64,000 bases of DNA from an uncultured Roseovarius sp. (GCA_947499555.1 CANMOU010000003.1:258979-322978), one strand, 5' to 3'. Positions 10,041 to 20,264 are shown, counted from the stretch's first letter. The notes: generated by a model from the sequence alone, not told the origin. Numbers and translations: made by a program.

Positions 10041-10996
10041 CTCAACCTCGGGTTCAATGCATCTCTGAGCCAATCGCCCAAGAGGTTGATCGACAGCGCC
10101 AGCGCCAGCAATGTCGCCGCCGGGAACAGCAGGATCCACCATTCCCCAGAGAACATGAATTCCTGCCCAATGCGGATGAGCGTTCCTAGCGAGGGTTTGG
10201 TGGGTGGCGCGCCGACGCCGAGGAAGCTGAGCGTCGCTTCGGCTATGATCGCCAAAGCCAAGGAGATCGTGGCAATCACCAGCACGGGGTTCAGCACATT
10301 GGGCAGGATATGCCGCAGCATGATGGAAAAGCGCGAGCGCCCGATGAGCTTGGCGGCCTGAACATATTCCTTGTTCTTCTCAACCAGTGTTGTGCCCCGA
10401 ACAACCCGCGCAAACTGCACCCAGTCCGAAAGCCCGATGGCGAGGATCAGCACCCAGATCGCCATTTGATCGCGGTATTCCGCAGGCGTGACCCCCTTCG
10501 CAATCCCGAAGATAAGCATCGCTACAAGGATCGAAGGGAAGGTCAGCTGAATATCGGCGATACGCATGATGATGGTTTCGGTCCACCCGCCCAGATACCC
10601 GGCAATCAGACCAAGCGTGACACCGATAAGCATCGCCAGAAGCACTGCCGAGAAGCCGACAAAAAGCGAAATGCGCATCCCGTAAAGGATGGTAGAGAAC
10701 ACATCGCGCCCTTGGTCGTCAGTTCCCAGAAAGAACGTATCGCCTGTGAAGGCATTGGCTTCGCCCGGCGGCGTGAATCCGTTCAAAAGGTTCAGAGTGG
10801 CCGGGTTGAACGGGTCGAAGGGCGCGATCAGCGGCGCGAAGACCGCCGCGAGGACAAGGAAAACAACAATAATAGCCGACACAATCGCCACAGGAGCATG
10901 GCGGAAGGACCACATGAAATCGCTGTCCCACATCCGCTTCATGCGGGACGGGGCAGTTGTGCTGATTTGGGTTTCTGAAAGCGGTGCGTCGGTCAT
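10037..10996 (-). CDS. Peptide ABC transporter permease (DppC/OppC-like)
   Basis: 6-TM binding-protein-dependent permease with the EAA-like loop. Start at MTDAPLSET. Confidence 0.85.
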   Translation of the reverse strand: MTDAPLSETQISTTAPSRMKRMWDSDFMWSFRHAPVAIVSAIIVVFLVLAAVFAPLIAPFDPFNPATLNLLNGFTPPGEANAFTGDTFFLGTDDQGRDVFSTILYGMRISLFVGFSAVLLAMLIGVTLGLIAGYLGGWTETIIMRIADIQLTFPSILVAMLIFGIAKGVTPAEYRDQMAIWVLILAIGLSDWVQFARVVRGTTLVEKNKEYVQAAKLIGRSRFSIMLRHILPNVLNPVLVIATISLALAIIAEATLSFLGVGAPPTKPSLGTLIRIGQEFMFSGEWWILLFPAATLLALALSINLLGDWLRDALNPRLR

Positions 10997-11991
10997 CAGT
11001 GGCCTCCCGCAGTGCGGTCCACGCGCAAGCGTGGATCGATCGCAAAATAAAGCATATCGACGATCAGGTTGATGCCCACGAACATCACCGAAATCATCAT
11101 GAGGTAAGCGGCCATCACGGGGATATCCACGAACTGCACGGCGTTGATGAACAAAAGCCCCACACCCGGCCACTGAAACACCGTTTCAGTGATGATGGCG
11201 AAGGCAATAATGCTGCCCAGTTGCAGGCCCGTGATCGTGATCACGGGCACCAATGTGTTCTTCAGCGCATGGCGGAAGTTGATGGCCCGGTCCTTGATCC
11301 CGCGCGCACGAGCAAAGCGGATATAGTCCATCCGAAGCACTTCCAGCATTTCGGTGCGCACCAGCCGCATAATCAGCGTCATTTGGTAAAGCCCGAGCGT
11401 GATCGCGGGCAGCACCAGAGCCTGCAGGCCACTCTGCGTAAGGAAGCCGGTGGACCAGCCGCCGATCTGAACTGTCTGGCCTCTCCCGAAACTTGGCAGC
11501 CAGCCAAGCTCAACCGAGAAGACGTAAATCAACAGAATCCCAATCAGGAATGTCGGCAATGACACTCCGATAAGCGAGGTAGTCATGATGATATTGGCCG
11601 CCACTCCACGTTTTCGGATAGCCGTGAAAATCCCCAGAGCAATGCCGCCGAGAAGCGCCAAAAGGCCGGAAACAAAGGCCAGTTCCAGCGTGGCTGGCAG
11701 CCGCTCTAACAGGATGTCTGATACTGGCCTTCCTTGCCGGAAACTTAGCCCGAAATTGCCTTGGACCGCGTTTTCCAGAAACCTGTAATATTGCACGAGA
11801 AATGACTGATCCAGACCGAGGTTCTCGCGCAGCCGCTCGACATCTTCGAGCGTCCTTTCCTGGCCCAGCATGTTTTCGATGGGATCACCGACAAATCGGA
11901 ACATGGCAAAGGCAACGAGTCCGACCACGAGAAGCACGAGCGCGGATTGCGCCACACGCCGGATGATATAGGCAAGCATGATCGTCCCCAA
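10996..11991 (-). CDS. Peptide ABC transporter permease (DppB/OppB-like)
   Basis: 331-aa permease with the typical N-terminal helix and conserved loop. The start may be the internal Met at 11979. Confidence 0.85.
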   Translation of the reverse strand: MGTIMLAYIIRRVAQSALVLLVVGLVAFAMFRFVGDPIENMLGQERTLEDVERLRENLGLDQSFLVQYYRFLENAVQGNFGLSFRQGRPVSDILLERLPATLELAFVSGLLALLGGIALGIFTAIRKRGVAANIIMTTSLIGVSLPTFLIGILLIYVFSVELGWLPSFGRGQTVQIGGWSTGFLTQSGLQALVLPAITLGLYQMTLIMRLVRTEMLEVLRMDYIRFARARGIKDRAINFRHALKNTLVPVITITGLQLGSIIAFAIITETVFQWPGVGLLFINAVQFVDIPVMAAYLMMISVMFVGINLIVDMLYFAIDPRLRVDRTAGGH

Positions 11992-12068
11992 TCAAATCTG
12001 CACGGTGTCTTTTGGTTCTTGAGCGTGCAAGAGGGTAGGGCGGCCCCGAAAGGCCGCCCCAAATGGTT

Positions 12069-13646
12069 TTAGTTCATTTTGAAGAACTTGAATTTCGGGT
12101 CGTCTTCCGGGCTCACTTCGGTGCCGACTTTTTCGGTCATGCCCCAGTTGAGCACCTGGTGGTGGATCGGGATGTAAAGCGTTTCTTCCTGTACGACGCT
12201 CCAGATGTCGCCGATGGTCGCGTTGCGCGCGTCGAGATCGGTCTCAGAGGCAAGGCTCTGGATCTTGGTATCAAGATCCGGGTTGGAATAGCCTGTGCCG
12301 TTCCAGCTGCCGCGCTCTTCGCCACGGGTGTGGACAAGGAAATTGAAGATGTATTCCGAGTCGTAGGTTGGAACACCCCAGCCCAGCATGTAGAAATCCG
12401 TCTCTTTGTTCTGGATAAGCGGGAAGTGCTGTGCCTTTGGTTGCGCGTTGAGGTTCACGGTCACACCGATCTGCGCCATCATCCCCACAGCAGCCTGACA
12501 GATGCCTTCATCATTGACATACCGGTCATTCGGACAATCAAGCTGAATGCTGAACCCGTCGCCATACCCGGCATCGGCCATCAAGGCCTTGGCTTTCTCG
12601 ATATCTGTCATGGCGCTGGCGTCCATGTCCGCTGACCAGCCATTGACAAATGGCGGTGCAATCATGCCAGCGGGCTGTGACTGTTCGCGCATGACGACCT
12701 TCTTGATCGCATCACGGTTAACCGCCAAGGACATAGCTTTGCGCACGCGAGCATCCGAAAGTGGGTTTTTGCCTTCAACATTGTCATTTGCGATGTCTTC
12801 GGCGCCCATATTCATGCCAAAGAAGATCACCCGGTTCTGCGGCGCGGTTTTGACGACAAGCCCGTCCGTACTGGCGACACGTTCAAGGTCCTGCACCGGA
12901 ACGTCCTGGATGAAATCAACCTCGCCGGAAAGCAAGGCTGCCACACGTGTCGCCGCGTTCTGGATGGGCGTATAAACGACCTCGGTGACATCGAGCTGGA
13001 ACTCATCTTTGCCCCAATAACTTTCATTGGCTGTCAGAACGGTTTTCACGTCCGGCTCACGGCTTGTCATCACAAAGGGGCCGGTACCGTTGGTATTGGC
13101 TGAGGCAAATGTCGTCTCACCGCCTGCGATATCCTGAACCTTGGTTGCACCGTTGGCCTCGGTCCACGTCTTGTCCATCATGAAGAGGTTGGTGAGGTTC
13201 GCCGGCAAAATAGGGTTCGGACCATTTGTAACGAATTCAACGGTATGATCATCCACCGCGCGGACTTCGGTGATCGAGGTCAAGAGCTCTTTCATCGCCG
13301 AATTCTCAGACTGCGCGCGGTTGATCGAGAAGACGACGTCCTCAGCCGTGAAATCCGATCCATCATGATATGTCACGCCCTGACGCAGGTTGAACACCCA
13401 TACATTCGGATCGCCCTCTTTCGGAGCCCAGTCTGTGGCCAGAGCAGCCTGGAATGCACCGGAATGATCGCGAATGATCAATGGTTCGTAAATTTGGTGC
13501 GCCAATGTGTGAGTTGGTCCCTCGTTCTGCGCATGCGGATCAAGCGTCAGCGAGTCGCCTGCACGCGCCCATCGCAGGGTCTCTGCCGATGCGCCCGCAG
13601 CGACAGTTGACATAAGCAACGCTGCAAGAATGGTTTTGGTTTTCAT
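12069..13646 (-). CDS. ABC transporter substrate-binding protein, family 5 (DppA/OppA-like), secreted
   Basis: Signal peptide MKTKTILAALLMSTVAAGASA; 525 aa with solute-binding family-5 features. First gene of the transporter operon. Confidence 0.9.
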   Translation of the reverse strand: MKTKTILAALLMSTVAAGASAETLRWARAGDSLTLDPHAQNEGPTHTLAHQIYEPLIIRDHSGAFQAALATDWAPKEGDPNVWVFNLRQGVTYHDGSDFTAEDVVFSINRAQSENSAMKELLTSITEVRAVDDHTVEFVTNGPNPILPANLTNLFMMDKTWTEANGATKVQDIAGGETTFASANTNGTGPFVMTSREPDVKTVLTANESYWGKDEFQLDVTEVVYTPIQNAATRVAALLSGEVDFIQDVPVQDLERVASTDGLVVKTAPQNRVIFFGMNMGAEDIANDNVEGKNPLSDARVRKAMSLAVNRDAIKKVVMREQSQPAGMIAPPFVNGWSADMDASAMTDIEKAKALMADAGYGDGFSIQLDCPNDRYVNDEGICQAAVGMMAQIGVTVNLNAQPKAQHFPLIQNKETDFYMLGWGVPTYDSEYIFNFLVHTRGEERGSWNGTGYSNPDLDTKIQSLASETDLDARNATIGDIWSVVQEETLYIPIHHQVLNWGMTEKVGTEVSPEDDPKFKFFKMN

Positions 13647-13783
13647 AATGATCTCCCTGATTGCGCTTGGGCTTCCGTTTGGCCCGAGCTATCCCATGAC
13701 AATATCCAAAGCGTCCGAGGCTGCAAGAACCTTCGACTCTGGGTTGCGTGACGGAAAGCGGTGGAATCGCTTCGAGCACCCAG

Positions 13784-14506
13784 TCAGGAACCGCGCAGGA
13801 ACTCGTCGACGAGAAGATTGAAAAGGGTTGGCCGCTCAAGATGCACAGCGTGCGCACAGTCGGGTAACACCGCAAGCCCAGCATCGGGGATGGTCTTCCA
13901 AAGCCGTTCGATCTGGGGCCACGCATAGGTTCGGTCCTGATCTCCCCAGATCACGAGCGTGTCCGATGCAATGTTGGAAAGATGCGCTTCGCCAGACCAT
14001 TCCCGCATCGCCTCAAGGCCCGCCAGAATCGCAGGCAAGCTGCTTTTTGCGGCAATATCCGCGCAATCCGGATAGGCCTCAGCCGTTTCCTGCTCCAAGA
14101 ACCAAGTGGCGGAAATCCGTCGTGCCGTGGCTTCGGCACCGTCCTGTCGCGCACGCTCCATCGAGGTTTCAATCGGCTCGAACCGACCGGGCAGGATGCC
14201 AACAGGGCCAGTGCCGTAAAGGATCAGTTTGCGAATACGGTCAGGGGCCTGACGGGCCATGTCCTGAACAATCATCCCACCCATTGAGTGGCCAAGAAGA
14301 TCGAAACGCTCAACGCCTTCTTCTTTGGTTTTCGCAAGCACCCAGGCGGCAAAATCTTCAATCCGATCGATAGGGTCAAGATGCGCCAGTTTGCCAAAAC
14401 CCGGCAGGTCAATTGCGATGATCTGCCGTTCCTTCGCAAGCGCCGATTGTGCCGGCCATTGATCGCTGCCGCCCATGAAGCCATGGACGAGAACGAGGGG
14501 TGTCAC
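13784..14506 (-). CDS. Alpha/beta-fold hydrolase
   Basis: Nucleophile elbow GHSMGG and the oxyanion motif HGFMGG. A GTG start at 14506 overlaps the proW stop (GTGA). Last gene of the operon. Confidence 0.75.
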   Translation of the reverse strand: MTPLVLVHGFMGGSDQWPAQSALAKERQIIAIDLPGFGKLAHLDPIDRIEDFAAWVLAKTKEEGVERFDLLGHSMGGMIVQDMARQAPDRIRKLILYGTGPVGILPGRFEPIETSMERARQDGAEATARRISATWFLEQETAEAYPDCADIAAKSSLPAILAGLEAMREWSGEAHLSNIASDTLVIWGDQDRTYAWPQIERLWKTIPDAGLAVLPDCAHAVHLERPTLFNLLVDEFLRGS

Positions 14507-16053
14507 TTGCGTTGTCCTTGTACGATCCGGTCGAGGATCATTGCGCAGAAGAGGATCGAGAAGCCTGCCAGAATACCCTGTCCGACATTGGCATATTGCA
14601 GCGCTTCCAGAACGTCTTCGCCAAGGCCTTTGGCCCCGATCAGTGAGGCCACAACAACCATCGCCAGCGAGAGCATAATCGTCTGGTTGATCCCGGCACG
14701 GATCGAGGGGCTTGCCAGTGGCAAGTCGACCTTGGTCAGAAGATACCATTTATTGGCGCCAAAGCTGATCGCTGCTTCACGCACGCTTTCCGGCACGCCG
14801 CGCAGACCAAGCACAGTCAGGCGCACAACGGGTGTGCCCCCAAAGATCATGGTGACCACAACGGCCGCTGGTTTGCCGACGCCGAAGAAGGCGATGACCG
14901 GAACCATGAACACGAAGGCCGGCATGGTCTGCATAAAGTCCATGATCGGCTGGATGAAGGCATAAAAGCGTGGACGCCGCGCAGCGAACATGCCCAGCGG
15001 AATGCCGATGACAATGGACAAACACGCCGCTGTCCCCAGAAGCGCCAGCGTTGTCATCGCCGCCTCCCAGAAGCCCAGCAGACCCATATAGGCCAGGAAG
15101 GCGCCGGAATAGATCGCCGTGCGCAGTCCAGCCGTCAGCCATGTCAGAAGGATGATCAAGCTGGCGATCACGATCCACGGAGTCTGCACCAGGATCACCT
15201 CCAACGCATCGAGCAACGCGCGAATGCCAAAGGTGAGGGCGTCAAAGAAGGCTTCGCTGTTGCGCACACAGAAGGCGATGAAATCTTCAACCCAGGTGAT
15301 GCCGGTCAGCCGAATATTGGGGTCTGTTGGAAAGGCCGTCAGTAGCGAGAACTTTCCCGGAAAACTGTAGTGCACCATCGCTGTTGCGACGATCAAAATC
15401 ATGAAAATAGCACTGAATACAATTTCCGTTACAGGCAATCCAGAACGGATCGTGCGATCAGACAGCCAGTCGGAGAAACGCGCTTCCAGCGCCCAGTTGG
15501 CCATAAAGGCCTGAACCAATTTGACAACAATCAATATCGCCAAGCCGGTCAGTGCAATCGAAAAGCCCTGAGCGGACATTGCTTCAGCCTCAGCGCGAAA
15601 GCTTGCTATGTTGGCTTCGATTGAATCGACAGCCCTTTGCAGGCCTTCAACACGGTCAGACCCTTCTTCCAAAGCGGCCTCCAGCTGTTTCTTGCGCAGC
15701 TCCAGCGTGCCTTCGATCGAACTGATACGCGCTAAGGCTTCTGCGCCAAGTTCACCAAATAGGCCTCTTGCGATCTGCACAAACCCAAGCGCTTCGAGAA
15801 TGAGAAAAGGAAGCGCCCAGTTCCAAAGGCCCCGCGCCCCAAACCAAATAGGGCCGAAAAGCCCGGCCATGGCGTTGAAGGTCGGAGTAAACTTGGCCGA
15901 AGCACCAATCTTGTCGAACATCCGGATGTAGTAGTCGGGGCTGGTGCGCACGAAGGTGCGAATGTTTTCGCGCCGCTCTTCGGCATAGGCCAGTGCCGCT
16001 TCGCTTTCCGTGTCCTCAAGCGGGTTGACGCCAAGATCGGTCGTGTCGGTCAT
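14503..16053 (-). CDS. proW: Glycine betaine/proline-type ABC transporter permease (ProW/OpuAB-like) with ~250-aa N-terminal extension
   Basis: The C-terminal half is a typical ProW permease. The N-terminal ~250 aa hold extra TM helices and a coiled-coil-like stretch (LELRKKQLEAALEEGSDRVEGLQRAVDSIEANIASFRAEAEAM). Confidence 0.85.
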   Translation of the reverse strand: MTDTTDLGVNPLEDTESEAALAYAEERRENIRTFVRTSPDYYIRMFDKIGASAKFTPTFNAMAGLFGPIWFGARGLWNWALPFLILEALGFVQIARGLFGELGAEALARISSIEGTLELRKKQLEAALEEGSDRVEGLQRAVDSIEANIASFRAEAEAMSAQGFSIALTGLAILIVVKLVQAFMANWALEARFSDWLSDRTIRSGLPVTEIVFSAIFMILIVATAMVHYSFPGKFSLLTAFPTDPNIRLTGITWVEDFIAFCVRNSEAFFDALTFGIRALLDALEVILVQTPWIVIASLIILLTWLTAGLRTAIYSGAFLAYMGLLGFWEAAMTTLALLGTAACLSIVIGIPLGMFAARRPRFYAFIQPIMDFMQTMPAFVFMVPVIAFFGVGKPAAVVVTMIFGGTPVVRLTVLGLRGVPESVREAAISFGANKWYLLTKVDLPLASPSIRAGINQTIMLSLAMVVVASLIGAKGLGEDVLEALQYANVGQGILAGFSILFCAMILDRIVQGQRK

Positions 16054-17105
16054 GATACTTCTGTCCCTTCGATCACGGTGCGCAGCAGATCGGCGCGGGT
16101 GATGACGCCCACGTCTTTGCCGTCTGCCTGCACGATGATGGCGTTGTCGTCGTCAATCGCGAGATTGATCAGATTGCTCAGCGTTTCCGCCTCATCCACA
16201 CGCGGGCCGTCGGCACCAAGTGGCCCTTTGTTAGAGACATGCGCTTCAATCGGCTGCATCACCGCATGTGCATGAACCACTTTGAGGCGGGAAATACCGG
16301 CCACAAAATCGGCCACATAATCGTCGGCCGGGTTCATGACGATATCCTCCGCCGTGCCAATCTGCACCATCTTGCCGTCACGCATAATGGCGATGCGGTC
16401 TCCGATTCTAACCGCTTCATCCAGATCGTGCGTGATGAAGATCGTGGTCTTCTTCAAAATCTTGCTGAGCCGGATGAACTCGTCCTGCAGTTGCCTCCGG
16501 ATAAGCGGGTCCAGTGCTGAAAACGGCTCGTCCATGAGCAGAACATCCGGGTTGGCGGCAAGCGCCCGTGCCAGACCGACGCGTTGTTGCATCCCGCCTG
16601 AAAGCTCATGGGCAAACTTCGACCCCCATGCGCCCAGCTCAACGATGTCGAGGATCGCCGCGGCCTGGCGCATGCGTTCATTCTTGGCGACTTGGCGGAT
16701 TTCCAGCGGCATCGCGACATTGTCGAGAACCGAGCGGTGCGGCATCAGCGCAAAGTTCTGAAAGACCATGCCGATCTTCTGGTTGCGAAAGAGCTGCAAC
16801 TCTTTTGGCCCCAAAGCCATGACATCGGTGCCTTCAATTTCGATCTTTCCAGCCGTGGGTTCCAAAAGACGGTTGAAATGGCGCACCAGTGTGGATTTAC
16901 CACTTCCCGACAGGCCCATTATGCAGAAGATTTCGCCGCGCTTCACATCAAGGCTGACATCGGCCACACCAACCACCGCGTTGAACTCTGACAGCACTTC
17001 AGCCTTGGTCAGGCCCCGGGATCGGATCGCTTCCAACGCCTCTTTGTGCTTGTTACCGAAAATCTTCCAGACGTTGGAAATTTCAATGACGACTTCTTGG
17101 GTCAT
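16050..17105 (-). CDS. proV: Glycine betaine/proline ABC transporter ATP-binding protein with C-terminal tandem CBS domains
   Basis: Walker A GLSGSGKST, signature LSGGMQQRVGLARAL. The C-terminal ~120 aa form a CBS pair. Confidence 0.9.
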   Translation of the reverse strand: MTQEVVIEISNVWKIFGNKHKEALEAIRSRGLTKAEVLSEFNAVVGVADVSLDVKRGEIFCIMGLSGSGKSTLVRHFNRLLEPTAGKIEIEGTDVMALGPKELQLFRNQKIGMVFQNFALMPHRSVLDNVAMPLEIRQVAKNERMRQAAAILDIVELGAWGSKFAHELSGGMQQRVGLARALAANPDVLLMDEPFSALDPLIRRQLQDEFIRLSKILKKTTIFITHDLDEAVRIGDRIAIMRDGKMVQIGTAEDIVMNPADDYVADFVAGISRLKVVHAHAVMQPIEAHVSNKGPLGADGPRVDEAETLSNLINLAIDDDNAIIVQADGKDVGVITRADLLRTVIEGTEVS

Positions 17106-17180
17106 GTGGGTATTGTCCCGCCAGCGCTCAGGTGGGTCAGCAACGGACGGAACCGGTGCTGACTTTTTTTGATGTTGGGC

Positions 17181-18146
17181 TTAGAGGCCCAGCCAACCGT
17201 CCACGCGGTCAGAGTTCTCGTCGATCCACTTCTTGGCAGCATCCGCCGGATCCGTGCCGTTTGCGCTGATGTCGAATGCAAGAGCACTCACATCGTCAGC
17301 GGTCAGCTGGAAGTTCGAGAAGAACTCGGCAATCGCAGGTGAGCGATCAGCCAAAGAGTTCGACCACGCGATTTGCACGTTCTTCAAAGCGTCTTTCGTG
17401 GCGACGTTTGACTTTTCGTACCAGTCGGCATCGTCTGAAGGCTGAACCATCACGTATTTTGCAGGATCAAATGTGGGCTCGGTCAGCATCTGCACGTCAA
17501 ACTGGAACCAGACGGCATGTGGTTTGTAGCAGTAGAACGCATAGCCTTCTCCTTTGGCGATGCTGTCTTTGATGCGCGCTGTTTTCACACTTTCTTCGGC
17601 TCGAACAGGCTCAATGAAGTCGAGCAGACCATAGTCGCGGGTTTTGACTTCATTGACGTTGGCCGAGGCCCAGCCAGGCGCACCGATCCACATCTCACCC
17701 TTGCCGTTGCCGTCGCTGTCCATAAGCGCCGCCACGTCAGGACGACCCAGATCCGCGATATCGGTGATGTTGTTGGCTTCGCCGAAATCTTTGGTCACGC
17801 AGAAACCCTGGTTTCCCTCATAAGGGTTTGACGAAAGCGTCACAGTGCCTGCTTCATCGACGTATTTCTTGGTGAAGCTTTCCTGGTTGGGCAGCCAAAC
17901 GTCAGGATGGACGTCGATATCGCCTTTACCCTGATCCATCGCCTGGAAAATCGTGGCGTTGTTGCCCGGCACGTATTCCACCTTGCCACCGATGCGGGAT
18001 GTGACCACCTCGCCCAGCACATGCGCAATGGCTTGCGCTCCGGTCCAGGATGGAACGCCGATTTTCACCTCTTCCGCGGCAAAGGCCGGCAGCGCCAGCA
18101 CACTTACCACAGCCGCAAGGCCGATGGTTTTCAATTTCGATGTCAT
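17181..18146 (-). CDS. proX: Glycine betaine-type substrate-binding protein (ProX family), secreted
   Basis: Signal peptide MTSKLKTIGLAAVVSVLALPAFA. ProX/OpuAC-like fold, with aromatic residues typical of quaternary-amine cages. Confidence 0.85.
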   Translation of the reverse strand: MTSKLKTIGLAAVVSVLALPAFAAEEVKIGVPSWTGAQAIAHVLGEVVTSRIGGKVEYVPGNNATIFQAMDQGKGDIDVHPDVWLPNQESFTKKYVDEAGTVTLSSNPYEGNQGFCVTKDFGEANNITDIADLGRPDVAALMDSDGNGKGEMWIGAPGWASANVNEVKTRDYGLLDFIEPVRAEESVKTARIKDSIAKGEGYAFYCYKPHAVWFQFDVQMLTEPTFDPAKYVMVQPSDDADWYEKSNVATKDALKNVQIAWSNSLADRSPAIAEFFSNFQLTADDVSALAFDISANGTDPADAAKKWIDENSDRVDGWLGL

Positions 18147-18192
18147 TTCTTTCTCCTCTGTTATTGGATGCGCCGATTCTTACGGCGTCTGG

Positions 18193-19236
18193 TCATGTGA
18201 TTGATGCGGTGAGTTGCTCCTGATACGCGAATAGAGCTGTTGCGCCGCCAGTATGCAGGAAAAGCACGTTGTCGGTTGGCTTCAAGAAACCATTGCGAAC
18301 CATCCCGATCAACCCGGCCATGCCTTTCGCTGAGTACACGGGATCAAGAAGAATGCCTTCCTGCCTCGCTGTCAAATGGATTGCCTCTAAAGTAGACTCC
18401 GCGGGAATTCCGTAGCCCTCGCCAACATAGCCGTCATCCACCAGGATCTTTTCTTTTGCAATGTTCTCGGCGCCGAGTTTCTCAAGCGTTTTCTGCGTCA
18501 GCGCATGGACCGCGTTGATTTGCCTTTCCTTGGGTTGCCGCACGCTTACGCCCATGACGGGCAGGTCGTGACCAAGGGCATGGAAACCGGCAACCAGACC
18601 GGCCTGCGTGCCGGTGCTGCCGGTGCCCATCACGAGCCAATCAAAGATCTGGCCGGTCTCTTTGGTGTGATCCAGGATTTCCTGCGCGCAATTGACATAT
18701 CCTAAGGCGCCAGTCGCGTTTGAGCCACCGCCCGGGATGAAATAGGGCTTGTGGCCTTCGGCGCGCAAACTGTCTGCCACGGCTTCGGCTTCTGCATTCA
18801 TATCAAGTCCGCTGGGGCGGAACTCATGCGTTGCGCCGAAAAGCGTGTCGAGTAACACATTGCCTGTCTGTTCATAGCTTGCATCACGCTCGGGTACGCG
18901 TCGCTCCAGAAGGACGTGACATTTCATGCCGACCTTGGCAGCGGCGGCCGCTGTTTGTCTGACGTGGTTTGACTGCACCGCTCCTTGCGTGACGAGCATG
19001 TCAGCGTTCTCGCGTAGCGCTTCGCCGACCAGAAACTCCAGCTTGCGTGTTTTGTTGCCACCTGTGGCAAGCCCGGTGCAATCATCGCGCTTGATGAACA
19101 ATTTTGGTCCGCCAAGATTCTCCGAAAGGCGTGGCATTGCTTCGATCGGGGTTGGTCGGTGACACAGAGGGAACCGCGGGAAACGGTCAAAGCTGATATG
19201 CATAGCGCTCTCTTTAAGAAGCTCGGTGTCGGCCAT
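18193..19236 (-). CDS. PLP-dependent D-cysteine desulfhydrase/ACC deaminase/L-cysteate sulfo-lyase (CuyA) family enzyme
   Basis: 347 aa. The PLP-lysine motif (TGGNKTRKLEFLV) and the glycine-rich loop (GGGSNATG) are typical of the fold-type II ACC-deaminase family. Confidence 0.85.
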   Translation of the reverse strand: MADTELLKESAMHISFDRFPRFPLCHRPTPIEAMPRLSENLGGPKLFIKRDDCTGLATGGNKTRKLEFLVGEALRENADMLVTQGAVQSNHVRQTAAAAAKVGMKCHVLLERRVPERDASYEQTGNVLLDTLFGATHEFRPSGLDMNAEAEAVADSLRAEGHKPYFIPGGGSNATGALGYVNCAQEILDHTKETGQIFDWLVMGTGSTGTQAGLVAGFHALGHDLPVMGVSVRQPKERQINAVHALTQKTLEKLGAENIAKEKILVDDGYVGEGYGIPAESTLEAIHLTARQEGILLDPVYSAKGMAGLIGMVRNGFLKPTDNVLFLHTGGATALFAYQEQLTASIT

Positions 19237-19317
19237 CTTCCATTCCTTATTTGGATTACCCCGCGATAGCTTGACCGAGTATGTCCAAATGTTCCAATGT
19301 TATGTTTGAATGACATT

Positions 19318-19332
19318 ATGCAAAACTTGCAT
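19318..19332. promoter_or_regulatory. Candidate LysR box ATGCAAAACTTGCAT (T-N11-A inverted repeat)
   Basis: Imperfect palindrome with T-N11-A architecture in the 110-bp divergent region between the lysR-type gene and the PLP-enzyme operon. Confidence 0.4.
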
Positions 19333-19346
19333 GATCGGGTGTTGGC

Positions 19347-20264
19347 ATGGATATTTCCCTTTTTCGAGACCTTGATCGTCTGAAGCAGACGGGGAACTTT
19401 TCGCGCGCGGCGATGCAGGTCAACTTAAGCCAGCCGGCGTTCAGCCGGCGGATTAAGGCCCTTGAGACCTGGGTTGGAACGACCCTCGTAGACCGAAGCC
19501 GACAACCAGTCAGCCTGACGGAATCGGGGGCGCAAATTCTTGAAGCCGGGATGCAAGCTCTGTCACGCATTGAATCAGAGCGAAACCAGATCCGCGAGGC
19601 GCAATTGCTGCCTGACCGATACGTGACGACATTTGCCGCGCAGCATTCGATCAGCTGGCGGTTCTATCCTGCATGGCTTCAGGCCTTTGAAGACGCTTAT
19701 GGCCCGGTCCTATCAAGCCTGCGAGCAGATGACCTGCCCAATTGCCTGCGTGTCTTGAAAAAAGGCGAGGTGGATTTCGTGATCGCCTACCAACACCGCA
19801 GTATCGAATATGATTCAAGCGCCGAGTCCATTCTGATCGGGTCGGATAAACTGATCCCGGTGTGTAAACCCAAAATGGATGGCACGCCGATGTTCGATTT
19901 CGACAATCCCGATGTCGAGACACCCTTTCTGGAATACGGGGACTCAACGCCCATCGGAGCACAGCTCAAACCGATCCTCCTTTCGCAAGGTCTGACGCAC
20001 CGGCTGCGCACTGTCTACGAGAACTCAATGGGTGGCGCCTTGCGGATCCGCGCGCGGTCTGGCGATGGCGTCGCTTGGCTGTCGCAAAGTCTTGTGCAGC
20101 CGGATCTTGAGAACAAGCTGCTGGTGCGCATTGGCGACCCGGACTGGGACGTTGAGCTGGACATCCGTTTGTATCGGAACGCTAACAATTTGAATCAGGT
20201 CACGCGCTCCATATGGTCGTTTCTCAAGGGTCGGCAGGCCGAACCGATGGTCACCATGGATTAA
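19347..20264 (+). CDS. LysR-family transcriptional regulator
   Basis: N-terminal wHTH (LDRLKQTGNFSRAAMQVNLSQPAFSRRIKALE) plus a LysR substrate-binding domain. Divergent from the transporter/lyase operon. Confidence 0.85.
   Translation: MDISLFRDLDRLKQTGNFSRAAMQVNLSQPAFSRRIKALETWVGTTLVDRSRQPVSLTESGAQILEAGMQALSRIESERNQIREAQLLPDRYVTTFAAQHSISWRFYPAWLQAFEDAYGPVLSSLRADDLPNCLRVLKKGEVDFVIAYQHRSIEYDSSAESILIGSDKLIPVCKPKMDGTPMFDFDNPDVETPFLEYGDSTPIGAQLKPILLSQGLTHRLRTVYENSMGGALRIRARSGDGVAWLSQSLVQPDLENKLLVRIGDPDWDVELDIRLYRNANNLNQVTRSIWSFLKGRQAEPMVTMD

Noticed and set aside
12063-12635. 190-aa plus-strand ORF
   Set aside because: Antisense to the family-5 substrate-binding-protein gene; no features.
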